The notes: a model not told the origin generated them from the sequence alone. A stretch of 64,000 bases of DNA from Prorocentrum cordatum (GCA_963575745.1 CAUYUJ010000114.1:558001-622000), one strand, 5' to 3'. Positions 49,631 through 63,099 are shown, counted from the stretch's first letter. Numbers and translations are program-made.

Positions 49631-52600
49631 CAAAGATGGAAGGCGCGGCGCCCTCTCCTCCTCCTCCTCCTCCTCCTGCTCCTCCTCCTCCTCCTCCTGC
49701 TCCTCCTCCTCCTCCTCCTTCTCCTCCTCCTCCTCCTCCAATAGGAGGGATGTAAAGGCCGGCACCTTCTAAGAAGCAGCCTCCTTCCAAGAGGCCGTCC
49801 CCCCCTCCCTCCCGGCCTCGGCCTGCCCGCCCTCCGTGGCGGCCACCGAGAGAGCGCCCGCACAGGCGCTGGATCGGCGGGGAAGGCCCAGACCGGATCG
49901 CGTCGTAAAAAAAACAGGACGTCCCAAAAAAATCAGGACGTCCAAACAAAAAAAACAGGACGGCAAATTGTTCGTTGCTTCCAGCCCCTGGGGGCCCTCG
50001 CCGGGCCCTGGGGAAGATGCATTCGGGGACTATACACAATGACATAAGCGTCAAGACTCGGAGGTCCGCGCGGATTCCACGAATCGAAGCTGGGGCCCCC
50101 CTGGCGGCGCTTCCGGCGCCGCCCCTGGCGCGCTCCGCGCGCCAGGGAGAGGGGCCCAGCGCCGATCCGAGGAATCCGCGCGGATCTAGGAGTTTCATGT
50201 TTTCGTCATTGTGTGCCGCGTCGTAACAAAATCAGGACGGCAAGTTCTGTTCGGCCCCTGGAGGCCTTCGCCGGTCCCCGGGACCGTCAAGAAACGACTC
50301 AGGATGAAAAACCGACCTTCGGGAAAGGGCTCATTTCGACTCCTCCAGTTCGATTCGGTTCGATTTCGATGGCTTCGATTCCGATTCGATTCCACTTCGG
50401 ATTCCGATTTGGGCTCCGAATTCTCAACGGAGGTCTACTAGCCTGCCGATTTCTGCCAGCTCGACTTTTCCCAACTCGGCTGCCGAGTTCCCCCGATCCG
50501 ATGTATTTCGATTGCCAGTCCGATTCATCGAGTCGATTCTGGGCTTTCCTGCCGCGAGCGCCCGCACAGGCTCTGTACCGACGGGGAAGACCCAGACATG
50601 ATCGCGTCGTTTTTTTTTTCAAAAAAAAAAAGGACAGCAAGTTTTTCGTTATTTTCGGCCCCTGGCGGCCCTGGCTGGGCCCCGGGACTGTCAAACAACG
50701 ACTCAGGATGGATGAAAAGCCGACCCCCGGGGAAGAGGGTGTGGACGTCCGGGAGCGCTGTACTGAACAAAGCAGGACGATGCATATCTTCGGGGGCGGA
50801 AAAGAGGGGGGTGATGACTAGGGGGGGGTGGATATCATGGCGTGGGCCATGATGTTTCCCCAGATTTCATGGCGCCTCTTCTTATTTGATTACGTCCCTG
50901 GCCCCCCCCCGCTTGGCCGCGCACATGCCGCCGGTCATGATTTGCACCCCCCCCTCTTGGACACCCCCCTCTTGGCCGCTCCCGAAAATCAGGACGACGC
51001 ATATTTGGGGGCGTGTGTCCGTGTCCAGTGCATCTTGAACTCTCGTGCTGTTTCTTCCTCAGACACCCGACGCGGCGTGAAGAAGAAGGAGCATGGATAA
51101 ACATCTGGCCCTGGGGGCTGGATGTGTATCCATGTCTACTGCGCCTCGGCCTTTTGACGCCCCCTTCCCAGAGAGTCCCAGACGCAGTGGATATGTGGAT
51201 ACACATCTTGCCTTCATCTGGGTCGGCGGGCATGCGACCAGCACGATGGACAGCCACAAATACACGTCGAAAACATTTGACGTGGTCGATTTCCCTCCTT
51301 CCCTCTCGCCTTCTCTCCGTCTCTCTCCATCCCCCCTGTCGCTGCCGTCGCTGCCGCTTTTCCTCCGGTTGTTCTCGTACTAAGTTTGCCGATCCGCTCC
51401 GTCTGGAGCTGCGCTCATGAGGCTTTCCGAGTGCTTGGCGCATGGCATGGCCTCTTCTCTTCCTTCTCTCTAGTTCTTGTCGGGATTTAAAGTTTACGTG
51501 GTCATTCACGGAGCTTGGACTCCGAGCTTGAGGCCTCGGAAGGCCATCGAAAGCAGGAAAGGCGAGAAGGCACAATGTATTGTTTTTCCGCAGGTTTGGA
51601 AGCAGCTGGGCCTCGCTTGGAGCGGTCTTGGGGCTTTTGTGTTATCTTGGGAGCCATATTGAGCAATCTTGGGCTATCTTGAGCCGTATTGGAAGTCATC
51701 CTTGGCCCTCTGAGGCCCTCTCGGAGCCGTCTTGGGCCATCTTAGATGCTGTGACCGCTGGCGGGGCGCCCCGTCCATGTCCAGGGGAGGGGGCTATGGG
51801 GAGAGGCCAAGGCACTCTCCTAGATAGCAAGCCGTCTAGCTCACTCCCACCCGCCCTCCCAACACATGAGCAACACCCGAGCCTGAGCATGCTCAGCGGT
51901 CGTCTGTTGGGATGGACAGCTGCTGGGAACCAGAACCGACCCCGTGTGCGCGACGCTGGGGCGAAGTGCGCCGCGCGTGCCAGGTGCGCCACCGCGCGCC
52001 AGGCACCCCTGGGGCCCGAGCATGCCAGGCAAGCCTGGTGCGTCGGAAGCACCACGTGCCTCCGCGCGCGCCGGGTGCGCCGCACACTCCAGCCGAGCCG
52101 GGTGCGCCGAGGAGGAGGAGGAGGAGGAGGAGTTGGAGGAGTGGGCAGGGGGAGGAGGAGGCGGAGGAGGAGGAGGCGGAGGAGGAGGCGGAGGCGGAGG
52201 CGGAGGCGGGGCACGTGCGGAGTGCGTCACCGATGCGCCTGCGCCGGCCCCCACACCGTCCTGGTCGGAAGCCAGTGCCCGTTCACGGTGTCGGGTGGGC
52301 CTGCGCACGGCAGGCCATACGGTCGGGGCCCTGAAGAAGGAGCCCTTTTCGCTGGGGAGGGGCTCGGTGTTCCTTGATTGTTTCACGGCTTGCCTCCAGT
52401 TTTCCTTAGGTTTTCGAAGGGAAATCGTTGTTTGACTTCTGGAGAGAAGGGACCGCGATCCTTATTTAGAGTTCCTTCGGTCAAGACCCTCACTGTATGC
52501 CACCTCCCCCGCCGTCCCTGTCATCAAAAAATACTTGACAGTGATCGCGGGGTGGCCGCGCATGATCCGGATTTTGTCCGCGAGGTTCATTCTGCGTTGT

Positions 52601-55236
52601 CTTTCTGTGAGGGATGGTAGCGCTGCGCGCAGCAGGCAAGATGCTAACACCCCAGCCGTCCCTGGCAAAAATAGTACACAGTGCTCGCGGGCCTAACGAC
52701 CATGACTCAAGACTTTGCCCCAAAGTGTACTTCGTATTGTTTTTTGACGGGTGGTGGGGGGGCCGCATCGGGCTGGCCGCGCATACTCCAAATGTGGAGG
52801 CAGAGTGCATTTTGTATTGTGTGTTGACAGGGATGGTGGGAGGATGAGCATGGTGTCCTCATTGTTCCTGGTTGGCTGCCGGTCGCCTGGGGGGTGTGTA
52901 TATAGTAACTGGGAGCAATGACAAACTCTCCCCGAAGGAGAAGAAGGGGGTTGGAAGAGGAGCCTCCCTAGACCACCTACGCCCAGAGGGCTGGTGGGAT
53001 TCGAAGCGAGTAGACAAGAAGGGAAACAACAAATTAATCGATTTCGGGTTTTATAAGATTCGGGCATCTTTGGAGGCATCTTTGGGGAGTTCGACGGGCG
53101 CTTGAAACCGTACTGTGCCCATCTTGGGCCTTTTTGGAGGTCAGTCGGAGGCTATCTTGCCCATTTTGAAGTCCATTCCGCGCTCTCGTAGGCCTTCTCT
53201 GGGCCATCTAGGGCCATCTTTGCCGCTCAAGCGCCTCCGCCCCCTCCCAAGCCCAGGGTAGGGGGTAGGGGGAGGGGTCAAGACACCCGCTCCGCGCGTA
53301 AGCCGTCTAGCTCACTCCCACCCGTCCTCCCACCACATAGGTGGCATCCGAGTCTCGGCATAGCCAGGGGTCGCCACTGGATGGACAGCCACTGGGAACC
53401 AAAGCGGACGCCAGGTGCGCGACGCTCGCCGCGGGCTCCACATGCGGTTGGTGCGCCATCCTTGTAAAACACGTGGTGCCCCCCCGTCGGCATGGTCCAG
53501 ATGCTGATGTGTGGGGGGCGTCAGCACAATTCTGGGCCTGCGCACATCAAGCACCATCATGCGGGCACCACCGCCGCCCCTGTCAGAGAACAACACAAAG
53601 TGATCGCAGGTGGCCAGGACAGTACCCACGACGCGTGGTCGCAACGTGCGCTGTGCATTGTTTTTGACACGGATGGCGGTCCTGCACAACGCGGCTTCTC
53701 TAAGGGTGCCCCGCCGCCCCTGTCACCAAACAATACAACGTGCTCACAGGGCGCCAGCGCACTGTCCAGATTTCGCTGCAGTGTGCATGGTCGTATTTTT
53801 TTTTGGACAGGGGTTGTGGAGGGTGTTGGCAGGGTGGGCCCCGCAAAGTGCAGTTCGTATTGTTTTCTCAGAGGGGTGGTGGGGGGGGCCCTCATGGTGT
53901 TCGCATGGTACCGGGTCGGCTGCCGGCCGGGTGGGGGAGGGGGTGTTCATGAATAGGGAACAGTGATGAACCTCTCCCCCGAGCATGGGAAGGAGGGCGT
54001 TGGCAGAGAGAAGAAACGGATTCGTGAATTCAACCACTCACGCCCAGAGGGCTGGTGGGATTGGGCAGGTCGGAGATGTGAAACACTTCTTGCTGTACCT
54101 TCGCTTCGTTTTCTTTCACTTCGTCGTCCTTTTCTTGCTCGTGCACTCCACGTGCCCACCCTCCCTCAAGGACATGTGCTTTGTGGGCTTGCTCTGGTTC
54201 AGGCAGTGGCGAAGCGTCTCGGCTCGCTTATAGCCCCACCAAGACAATGTTCTAAGAACCTTTTGTGGTTCCCACGAGATGTTCTTAGAACATTTCTGGC
54301 TGGGACTGTCTTGTTTGAACACATCGGATTTATGTTCTAAGAACATTGCTTTTGTTCTTAGAACATTTTTGGGTTCCAAGAAAATTTCGTGGTATGGCTA
54401 CAGGAATACCGGGACGGTCGGCCCCTGTTCAACTGGTTCCTCATGCCCACCCGCTGTTCGTTCCGCAACGGTGCCCCAAAGAGCCTCCAGAGGCGCTCCC
54501 CAGGCCAGTGTCCAAGAAAACATGGCGTCTCGCCGCCGGCGCACCGTCGGCGCACCGCCGTCTCGCCCACAGTATAAAACAAACACGGAACACAGTGGGC
54601 GACCTAGTGGGCCGTTGTGCTGCTCAGAGGAAACAGGATGAGGGAAAGTCTGATGGTCACACACGCTCCGCTGACAATCTAATCACACTCGTGCTTTCTT
54701 CGATGTGGCATGTATAATCTGCTCAAGCTGCCGTAGCTTGTCTACAAGATGGCGATGGATAGAGCACAGTCCTTGTTCACCCTGCCTTGTGAATAGAAAG
54801 AGAGACAGAGAGAGGAGAGGAGAGGGCGATACATTCAATAAGGGTACAAGCTGTGGGCACCGCTAGCTTCAGACCACGAGAGGATCCAGGGCGGCCCTAC
54901 GGAGTGATCGTGTTTTTATTCCTTGTTTTGCCGATCGGCGCGGGCCCTCGCGCCCCCCCCCCCTCCCCCCATGGAGTAGATCTTGGCTGTTTTGGGCGCC
55001 CGTTGCGAGCAGTTGGAGCCTCTCCCCCAGAGGCCGCACGGCTGCAAACAGCCGCATGAAGCAGAGGTCCGGAGCCAGACCCCCCCCCCCTCCCCCCCCT
55101 TCCGCCCAATGTCGAAACGCCGAAGAAGAACACCTTCACCTGCTGGGACCACCTTGGGGCGCGTTGGAACCCGCGGGGCCCCGGCTCGATCGCGATGGCG
55201 GGCCCAGCTGCTGACAGAGAGGGGACCGTCGCCAAG

Positions 55237-55309
55237 GTTCCGGCGCGCCGACAAGGAGTACAAGTCCCGCTTGGCGGACTACGACGAGATCCACAACAAG
55301 CGCGAGGAG
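55237..55309 (+). CDS. SMC4: SMC4 exon 11 (gene should continue beyond; C-terminal ATPase head not seen)
   Basis: Phase matches exon 10 (GA+G=Glu); FRRADKEYKSRLADYDEIHNKREE continues the SMC4 EEYRR...RxxE...KRDE pattern. Confidence 0.75.
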
Positions 55310-56704
55310 GCCCTGCTGGCCATCGAACCATCAGAATCTGCATAGTCTTATGATGCTCCAACCTACTTTGGCTTTGATCACCAGGAAGAGTTTCGAGCGC
55401 CCCAAAAATTACCGAAACTCAATGGTTTCCACGTGCCGGGCCCTGGGAGACACTGTTTCGACACTGTTTCGACACTCTTTTGACACTTTTCTGGGTGCTC
55501 GAAATTATTTCTGGGATGTCCTTAAGTAGGACGGGAATCACATAACCATAAGAATTTGCATAGTCATGAGCTTCCAGAGGTCCGCGCGGAGATCTTGGGT
55601 CAACGCTGAGCCCGCCTGGCGGCGCCTCTTGCGCTGCCCTTTGTCCGCTTCGCGCGCCAGGGAGGGGGATTCAGGGCCGATCCAAGACATCCGCGCGGAG
55701 CTCCGAAAGCTTCTGTTTATGCAGTCCCTTCTTCCCCCAAGCCAGCCGCCCTCCTGTTCCCTCCCCTCCTCGTCTGGGCCCATTTCGACCCTGTCGACCC
55801 GATTCGGTATCGATTCTGGTCCTCCCGATCCGGCTCGCTGCCGATATCCCGGCGATCCGATGTGGCCTGAGGGTTGCACCACGCAGGAGGAGGAGGAGGA
55901 GGAGGACGAGGACGAGGAGGACGACACACCTGGCGCGGCCGATCCGTTTCGATGCCGGCCCCGCGCCCACGCGGTCCGGTCCGACGCACGTCTCGATTCG
56001 AGCCGGTGTCCCAGGTCGGTGCCGATGGATCTTGCGCCCCCAAAAGGCGTGGTGACCGCACCGTGCGGTGAGTCGGTGGGGATTCGGGGTCACCGCACGG
56101 TTTTTCACCATCCACCAAACCACCCCAACCCAACCCGAAGGCTCAGATTTTCCCTCGATTTCCAGTGGGGGGGGGGGTCGGGAAACATGGAAAAAACACA
56201 TGTGGAACCCTTACCCCCCCTAACCCGAAATTCGGGTCTTCGGGTTGGGTTGGGGTGGTCTGGTATGTAGTCATTTTGGGACACGGGTCGTTCTTCGAGG
56301 ACGTCTCGGGCGACGGGGGCCTCTGGGGTCCCAAGGCCGTGCGGTGACGGGCGGTGCGGTGAGGTCTTGGGGGATTTCGAGGTCACCGCACGGTCTGTCA
56401 CCGCACCGTTTCGGGACTCCAAACGTGCTCCCATTCCCTCAGATCCTCGACCCGTGCCAGCAAGCTTTCCGTAGCTCCCCCCCGAAAATAATCCAAGGAT
56501 TTTCCGAAAAGCCTAACACTCTCCCTGCTCCTCCGCGTCCTCCTCAGACGTCCGACGCCCTGGAAAGATGACCAGAACCACCGACTTGATCGATCTTCGC
56601 TCTCGAGTTCTCGATCCAGACCAATCGATGAGGGCCTCAGATCCCGAAATGGGGGCAAACAGCGCCTGTCGTGGATTTGTCACGCCACGCCCTCTGGTGA
56701 CTCC

Positions 56705-58027
56705 GTGTGCGTGCGTGCGTGCGTGCGTGTGTGTGTGTGTGGGTGTGTGTGGGTGTGTGTGGGTGTGTGTGTGTGTGTGCGTGTGGGTGTGTGTGTGTGG
56801 GTGTGTCAGTTGGTGCGTCTGTGGGTGTGTCTGTGTGGGTGTGTCTGCCTTTGTGCGTCTGTGTGGGTGTGTCTGTGTGTGCGTCTGTGTGGGTGTGTCT
56901 GTGTGTGTGTGTCTGTGTGTGTGTGTCTGTGTGTGTGTCTGTGTGTGAATATGTCTGTGTGTCTGACTGTGTGTCTGACTGTGTGTGTGTGTCTGTGTGT
57001 GTCTCTGTGTGTGTCTCCGTGTGTGTCTCCGTGTGTCTCTGTGTGTATCTCTGTGTGTGTCTCTGTGTGTGTCTTTGTGTGTGTCTCTGTGTGTCTGTCT
57101 GTGTGTGTCTGTCTGTGTATGTCTGCGTGTGTCTGTGTGTGTGTCGGTGTGTGTCTGTGTTTGTCTGTGCGTGTCTGTGTGTCTGTCTGTGTGTCTCTGT
57201 GTGTCTCTGTGTGTGTCTGTCTGTGTGTGTGTCTGTGTGTGTGTCTGTCTGTGTGTTTGTCTGTGTGTCTGTCTGTGTGTCTGTCGGTGTGCCTGCCTGT
57301 GTGTCTGTTTGTGGTTCTTCTGTATTCGTCTGTGTGTGTCTGTGTGTGTGTCTGTGTCTGTGTCTGTGTCTGTGTCTGTGTCTGTGTCTGTGTGTGTGTC
57401 TGTGTGTGTGTCTATGTGTGTTTGTGTGTGTCTGTGTGTGTGTCTGTGTGTGTCTGTGTGCCTGTGTGTGTGCCTGCGTGTGTCTCTGTGTGTGTCTGTT
57501 CGTGTCTGTGCGTGTCTGCGTGTGTCTCTGTGAGTGCGTGTGTCTGTGTCTGTGTCTGTGCGTGTGTCTTTGCGTGTGTCTGTGCGTGTGTCTTTGCGTG
57601 TGCGGTGCGTGTGTCTGTGCGTGTGTCTGTGCGTGTGTCTGCGCGTGTGTCTGTGCGTGTGTCTATGCGTGTGTCAGTGCGTGTGTCTGTCTGTGTGTGT
57701 GTCTGTGCGTGTGTCTGTGCGTGTGTCGGTACGTGTCTGTGCGTGTCTGTGCGTGTCTGCGCGTGTCTGTGCGTGTCTGTGCGTGTCTGTGTGCGTGTGT
57801 GTGGGTGTGTGTGTGTGCGTGTGTGTGTGTGTGTGTGCGTGTATGTGTGTGTGTGTGTGTGTGCGTACGCGCCTGCGTGTGTGTGTGCGTGCGTGTGCGT
57901 GTGCGTGCGTGCGTGCGTTTGTGTGCGGGCTCTGTGTGTGTTTGTGTTTGTGTGTTCCGACGTCCTGCGCCGCGCCGTACCGCACGTGACCCCGACGCCT
58001 GAGAGAGAGAGAGAGAGAGAATGTGTG

Positions 58028-58060
<33 letters not shown>

Positions 58061-58164
58061 GCGCGCGCGTGCATGCGTGCGTGCGTGCGTGCGTACGCGC
58101 GTGCGCGCGTGCGTGCGTGCGTGTGTGTGTGTGTGTTGTGTGTGTGTGTGCGTGCGTGTATGCC

Positions 58165-58262
<98 letters not shown>

Positions 58263-58300
58263 ACTGTGTGTGTGTGTGTGTCTGTGTCTGTGTGTGTGCG
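56705..58300. repeat. GT-rich compound microsatellite
   Basis: Direct inspection. Confidence 0.95.
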
Positions 58301-59135
58301 ATCCTACGTTTGAATCCCCGCGAGTGTGGTGCGCCACGTGCTTTCAACACAGCGTGCGTGGGCGCGGTGAGTCGCGCAGTTGCTGCGCGATGCGCGGTGA
58401 GTTGTGCAACGCTTGCGCGTTGGCTTCGCGGTGCGCGGTGGGCTGCGTGGTGAGCTGCGCGGTGGGTGGCGCGGTGGGTGACCACGGTTGCGCGTCGGGT
58501 TGCGCGGTGGCGGCCCCGGGCTCCTGGGCGCTTGGGGTCGCGTTGAGGGGATCTGGGATGTTCTAGGGGGTAGGGCCCACTTCAGGGCTCGAGCTGGACG
58601 ATGTTCTGGCGATTTCGTGGGCCGTGCTCGTTGCGTTTCCGTCTTGCAGCAGAGGCGGAACGAAGACGGAAAGGGGGGAAACGGAACAAAACGAAAACGA
58701 ACAACAATGTCTAGTTCGAGCCCTGCCCACTTCCTCGATGAGGTGGCCCTTCCTCGAGGAAGTGCCGACCCCCACGTAGTGATGACCCCCCCGGGCACTG
58801 CCCCAAGCAAGCACTCTTGACAGTAATGTGCGCCAGTGTTTCGGGGAGGAATCACCTAAAGCAGTGATCCTTCCTTCTCGACGCCCTCGCCTCTCCCGGA
58901 GCGTGCTCTGAACGTGGTTTTGAGGTGGATCGGGGACGAGGGCCCACAACGGAGGATCCCCAAACCCGAAAGAGCCCAAACCACCCCTCGCCTGGGCCCT
59001 CCTCGTCGCCGTCCCCCGCCGAAGCCGCTTTGAAGGCTCGAGGTGGGTTCTCGCCCCCTCTCGATCTGCGCGCGACGTGGGCACACGCTCCCCGACCGGT
59101 GCAGACGCGTGCAGGAGTTGGCGCGGAGCCGCGCG

Positions 59136-60601
59136 ATGGCCGACGTGCGGGAAGAGGAACACCACGTCGCCCACGGGCGGGAGGCCTGGGGGGAAGAGCA
59201 GGAAGAGGAGGAGGAGTACGACGAGGACTGCGAGGAGGGGAGCGACGCCGCGGACGAGGACGCGGACCAGGGCGCCGAGTGCTTCGGCATCTACAACGCC
59301 AGCGAGATCAACGACCAGGTGTTCGAGGAGCTGTTCCTGCCCCCCGCGCTGGTGGAGGAGGTGCAGAACGCGTGGAGCCTCTTCCTGCGCAACGCAGAGT
59401 CGCGCGAGTCGGCCGGCGAGGCTGTCTATGCGGCGATCTTCGACTCTGCGCCAAGTCTGCAGAATCTCTTCAAGACACCGCGCGCCGTAATGGCCATGCG
59501 GTTCACGAACGGCCTCAACCAGATCATCAGCCAGTTGGGCAACCCCAGCGCCCTGAAGATATTGGTCGAGACGCTCGGCTTCCAGCATCTCGACTTGGAG
59601 GTGACCGCGCCCCGCGTCGTCATGTTTCGCGATGCGATTGTGGATCTGCTGCAAGTGGAGCTTGGTGAGCACATGAGTCAGAGCGCACACTTAGGCTGGG
59701 ACGTGATGCTAAACTACGTGGGTGGCGCATACATTTACGTCCGTGTGAAGTACACCGACAGGGTTAAGATTTTGGCTTCGAGCTGGGCCATCGCCAACAA
59801 TAAGCATGAGCTCGAGGCGGAAGAAGATGATATCGAGGGCTCCTTTGGCAGGGAATCGGATTCCGCTGAAATGTCAGCAGAGGCCAGGCGTGTTGAGGAG
59901 GAGGAGGCTGCTAAGTTGAAAGCGGCAACCGAGAAGAAGAGCTATTTTCAGAAGGGCATGGAACACATGAAGGGTAACAGTAAATCCTCCAGTGGCAGTG
60001 GTGGCACTGATGTAGAGGCAATGGGACGCGGGAAGACGAACAAATCGAATGGTTCAGACGGCGACAGCTTCAAGAATACGTCGGTGCCAACTACGTACGT
60101 CGACATGTTCGCTTTTAACGCTGCCGTCATGGGTTTCGGGCGAAACATCTGGATGAACGAGGTCCTCGCGTCATTCGATACGATAGTGATGAACGTGTCT
60201 AATTCGTACCGCCTGCAGGAGGAGTGCGACGTGCTGTCGTTGCGGATGGCGAAGTACAGGGGCACCGTGAACCTGTCGGAGTACAAGGCAGTCATGCTGG
60301 CATCTCTACGCTCCTTGGTGCCCAAGGGCTGGAACTCCGACCACGAGGTCGCCTGGTCGTGGTTGTGGGAGAACGTGGAGCGCATGCTGAAATCGATGAT
60401 GGGCAAGCCAGCGAACATGGAAAGGTGCCTCGCGCGCCTCTGGGCCGGCCTCGACGAGGCAGGCCAGGCCACGGTGCGGCGCGAGGTCTACGCGAAGTTC
60501 TTCCAGCTAGCCCCCGCGGGCCAGGACTTCTTCAAGCAGTCCACGACTCGGCTGCACTTCATCTCGGATCGGATCGTGTCCATGACCCTGGAGATCTACA
60601 G
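59136..60601 (+). CDS. Multi-globin-domain protein, exon 1 (acidic N-terminus, globins 1 and 2, start of globin 3)
   Basis: Globin signatures VQNAWSLF...IFDSAPSLQNLF...LGFQHLDLEV; VYAKFFQLAPAGQDFF; AWSWLWENV. Confidence 0.85.
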
Positions 60602-60604
60602 GCC

Positions 60605-60816
60605 AGGGGCAACTTGTGGGGGGGGGTCGGATCACGGGGCGATGCAGCGGCCCCACATCGCCCATGTGTCGCCGGTAGGGCCTCCACAGGCCACCCCGCC
60701 CAGGGACATGCGAATTCGCTGTCGGGGGCATATCGCCAATCCGTTGGCGACGTATCGCCGATTCCAGCTCGATGTCCCCCCCTGCCCTGAGCTGGTCCCC
60801 CCCTCACGTTGTCCCT
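60605..60816. mobile_element. MITE family B forming globin-gene intron 1
   Basis: TIR AGGGGCAAC...GTTGTCCCT; 9-nt flanks CTACAGGCC / CAAAAGGGA; relatives near 5379, 6641, 45750, 47190. Confidence 0.75.
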
Positions 60817-60822
60817 CAAAAG

Positions 60823-60844
60823 GGAGCCGAAGAAGATGGTTGAG
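60823..60844 (+). CDS. Multi-globin protein, 22-nt micro-exon
   Basis: (R)EPKKMVE bridges ...LEIY(R) and DISALGLRH in frame; flanked by two TIR-bearing introns. Confidence 0.75.
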
Positions 60845-60847
60845 GAC

Positions 60848-60993
60848 CGGGGCTCGAGCTAAATTGGGTGTTTGGCGATTTATTAGACAGTGCTCGTTGT
60901 GCTGTCGTTTTGCAGCAGAAGGCGGGACGAAGACAGAACGATAGACAACGGAAACAACACAAAAGCCAAACACATCGTTTAGGTCGGGCCCCT
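60848..60993. mobile_element. MITE family C forming globin-gene intron 2
   Basis: ~28-bp imperfect TIRs GGGGCTCGAGCTAAA.../...TTTAGGTCGGGCCCC; TSD TTGAGGAC / TGGAGGAC. Confidence 0.8.
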
Positions 60994-60998
60994 TGGAG

Positions 60999-61118
60999 GA
61001 CATCTCCGCCCTTGGGCTGCGCCACGTCGGCTACGGCATCCCCACGGACCTGTTCGGACCGTTCGTCTCCGCCTGCGTTCAGGTCGTGCGCGGCTTGACC
61101 GACGACAACGGCGCCGAG
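60999..61118 (+). CDS. Multi-globin protein, exon 3 (continuation not found in window)
   Basis: DISALGLRHVGYGIPTDLFGPFVSACVQVVRGLTDDNGAE; F-helix with proximal His; GA donor. Confidence 0.8.
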
Positions 61119-62951
61119 GATCATAGGAGGAAAAGGTACGGGATATTGCTGCCCTGCCATCGTTTGCGCAGGAGGAGCAAGAGGAGCAGCAGGTTAAGGT
61201 ACCGGTACCGCTACCCTTCACTCGTTTTCGCATGTTTCAGCTTCCTGGAAGGCCCTCGTCGCCGCCGCTGGAGTCGCCTCGAAATTCTAGACGTTTCGCG
61301 TAATCCCACCAGCTTGCTCGGGTGGCTTGTTTACCTCTGGCGCCTGGCGCGACAAGGTGCAATTCGTTTGTCTTCCCGGTGGTCTCGCCCCTGGAATGGT
61401 TGCACTTCAGCCACCTGGCACACCTGGCACCTCTTGCAGCTCTGCCTTCAGTCCCCGGCGTCGCTCCTCGGCGTCCCTCGGCGGCAGTTTCGGCGGCCGT
61501 CAGTTTGCGCGCTTAGGTAATTACGTCTGGCTCGTAGCCGGGGCGCCGGGGCTGACTTCGGACGCCGCGTGCGCTTCCGCTTGCGGCCGCGACGAAAAAG
61601 TAATTCCACCAGCCCATCTAAAGACGGTGCCCAGTGGAGGAGCATGCAGGGGAAGAAAGGGTTGGGGGAAGCCGTCACCCTAAGAGGGGGAGGATGGACG
61701 AGGAATCGGAGGAGGAGAAAGAGGAGTAGGGGGAGGGGGAATGGAAATGGGAATGGGACCAGTGACGAAGTCAGACATGAAGGAAATTGCTTCCGAGCTC
61801 GACACGTCATGCGGCGATGATATAGCCGACCACGACTGCGCCTCCAGCCCAGCGGTGCCGACGCAAACCCCAGACGCAATGCGAACACCCAGGCCCAGGC
61901 TGTGCGGCGACTGCTGCCGTGCCCTCGGAGCTTGTGGACGATCGAGACAACCAAGCGGCCGAACGCGGCGAAGAACAGCAGAGCGATGATGAGAATGTCT
62001 AGGCCTCCCAGATGGGGTCGGAGTAGATGGGGTCGGAGGATCGCGCCGCGTCGCCGATGCATCGGCGATGCATCGGCGATGCGGCTCGATGTGGGGCCCA
62101 ACTTTGTCCACGCTGACGTCGCCGACGCATCGCCGACGTCGCCAGTGCATGGCCGATGCATCGCCGGTGCATCGCATCGCCGATGTATCGGCGATGCGGC
62201 GAGATCTTCTGGCCCCATCTACTCCAGATTTCGTAATAAAGGGAGGGGGGTCTCATTTCGGGGGGGGTCTCTTCCAGGCTATCTTGGAGGGCCTGGGGGG
62301 TCTGGGGACGATGTTTTGGAGGGTTCTCCCACGGGGGAGGTCTGAAATGGCTTGTCTTGGAGGGTCCAGACCCCCTCCCTTTTATTACGGAATCTGGAGT
62401 ACTCGGAACGCATCTAGGAGGCCTCGGGAGTGATGGGTTGCACACAACACCTTGAGCTGTATCATTGCTTCCTGCACCGATGATCGGATGCTGGAGCGGC
62501 AGTGGCCAAACTTGATGAAGCAGACGGTCCGAAAGTGGACGAAGGTGCTGATTGCGGCTCGGCGATCAGGAGGGGGAGGAGCAGGACGATCAGGAGGGGG
62601 AGGGAGAGGAAGAGGAGGAGGAGGAGGAGGAGGACGAGGAGGAGGAGGAGCAAGAGGAGGCGGAGGAGGAGGAGGAGGAGGAGGAGGAGTAGGATCAAGG
62701 AGGGGGAGGGGGAGGGATGAGGGGAAGCAGGAGGAGGAGGAGGAGGAGGAGGAGGAGGAGGAGGATGCCATGGCCTCCAGGGCTTTTGCCGCAGCCGTCG
62801 CGAGTTTGTCGGTGGTCGCTGCCTCGCGAGCCGCGCTGGCCTCGGGCCTGCGCGCGCCCCGCACCCCGGCGCCAGGCAGCAGCCCAGCAGCGGCGCCGCC
62901 CGCCACAGCTCGCCCCGCGCCGGCCAGGCCGCCGTCGCTTGGCAGGCAGAT

Positions 62952-63099
62952 CAGGCCAGCCACAACTGGGGGAGCTGTGGTCCTTACCCCCCTGGGGGAC
63001 CGACCCATCGATGTCGACACCCCTCTCGAGAGATCGATCGTCGAGGCGATGGGTTCCCCCAGGGGGGTAAGGACCACAGCTCCCCCAGTTATGGCCGGT
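62952..63099. mobile_element. Hairpin MITE family G (second copy ~16128-16266), ~7-bp TSD
   Basis: ~45-bp TIR GGGGGAGCTGTGGTCCTTACCCC; flanks GGCAGAT / GGCAGAC. Confidence 0.75.

Noticed and set aside
59043..60944. 633-aa ORF as a single-exon gene
   Set aside because: After 60601 it reads through a MITE intron; the globin sequence resumes at 60823 and 60999.
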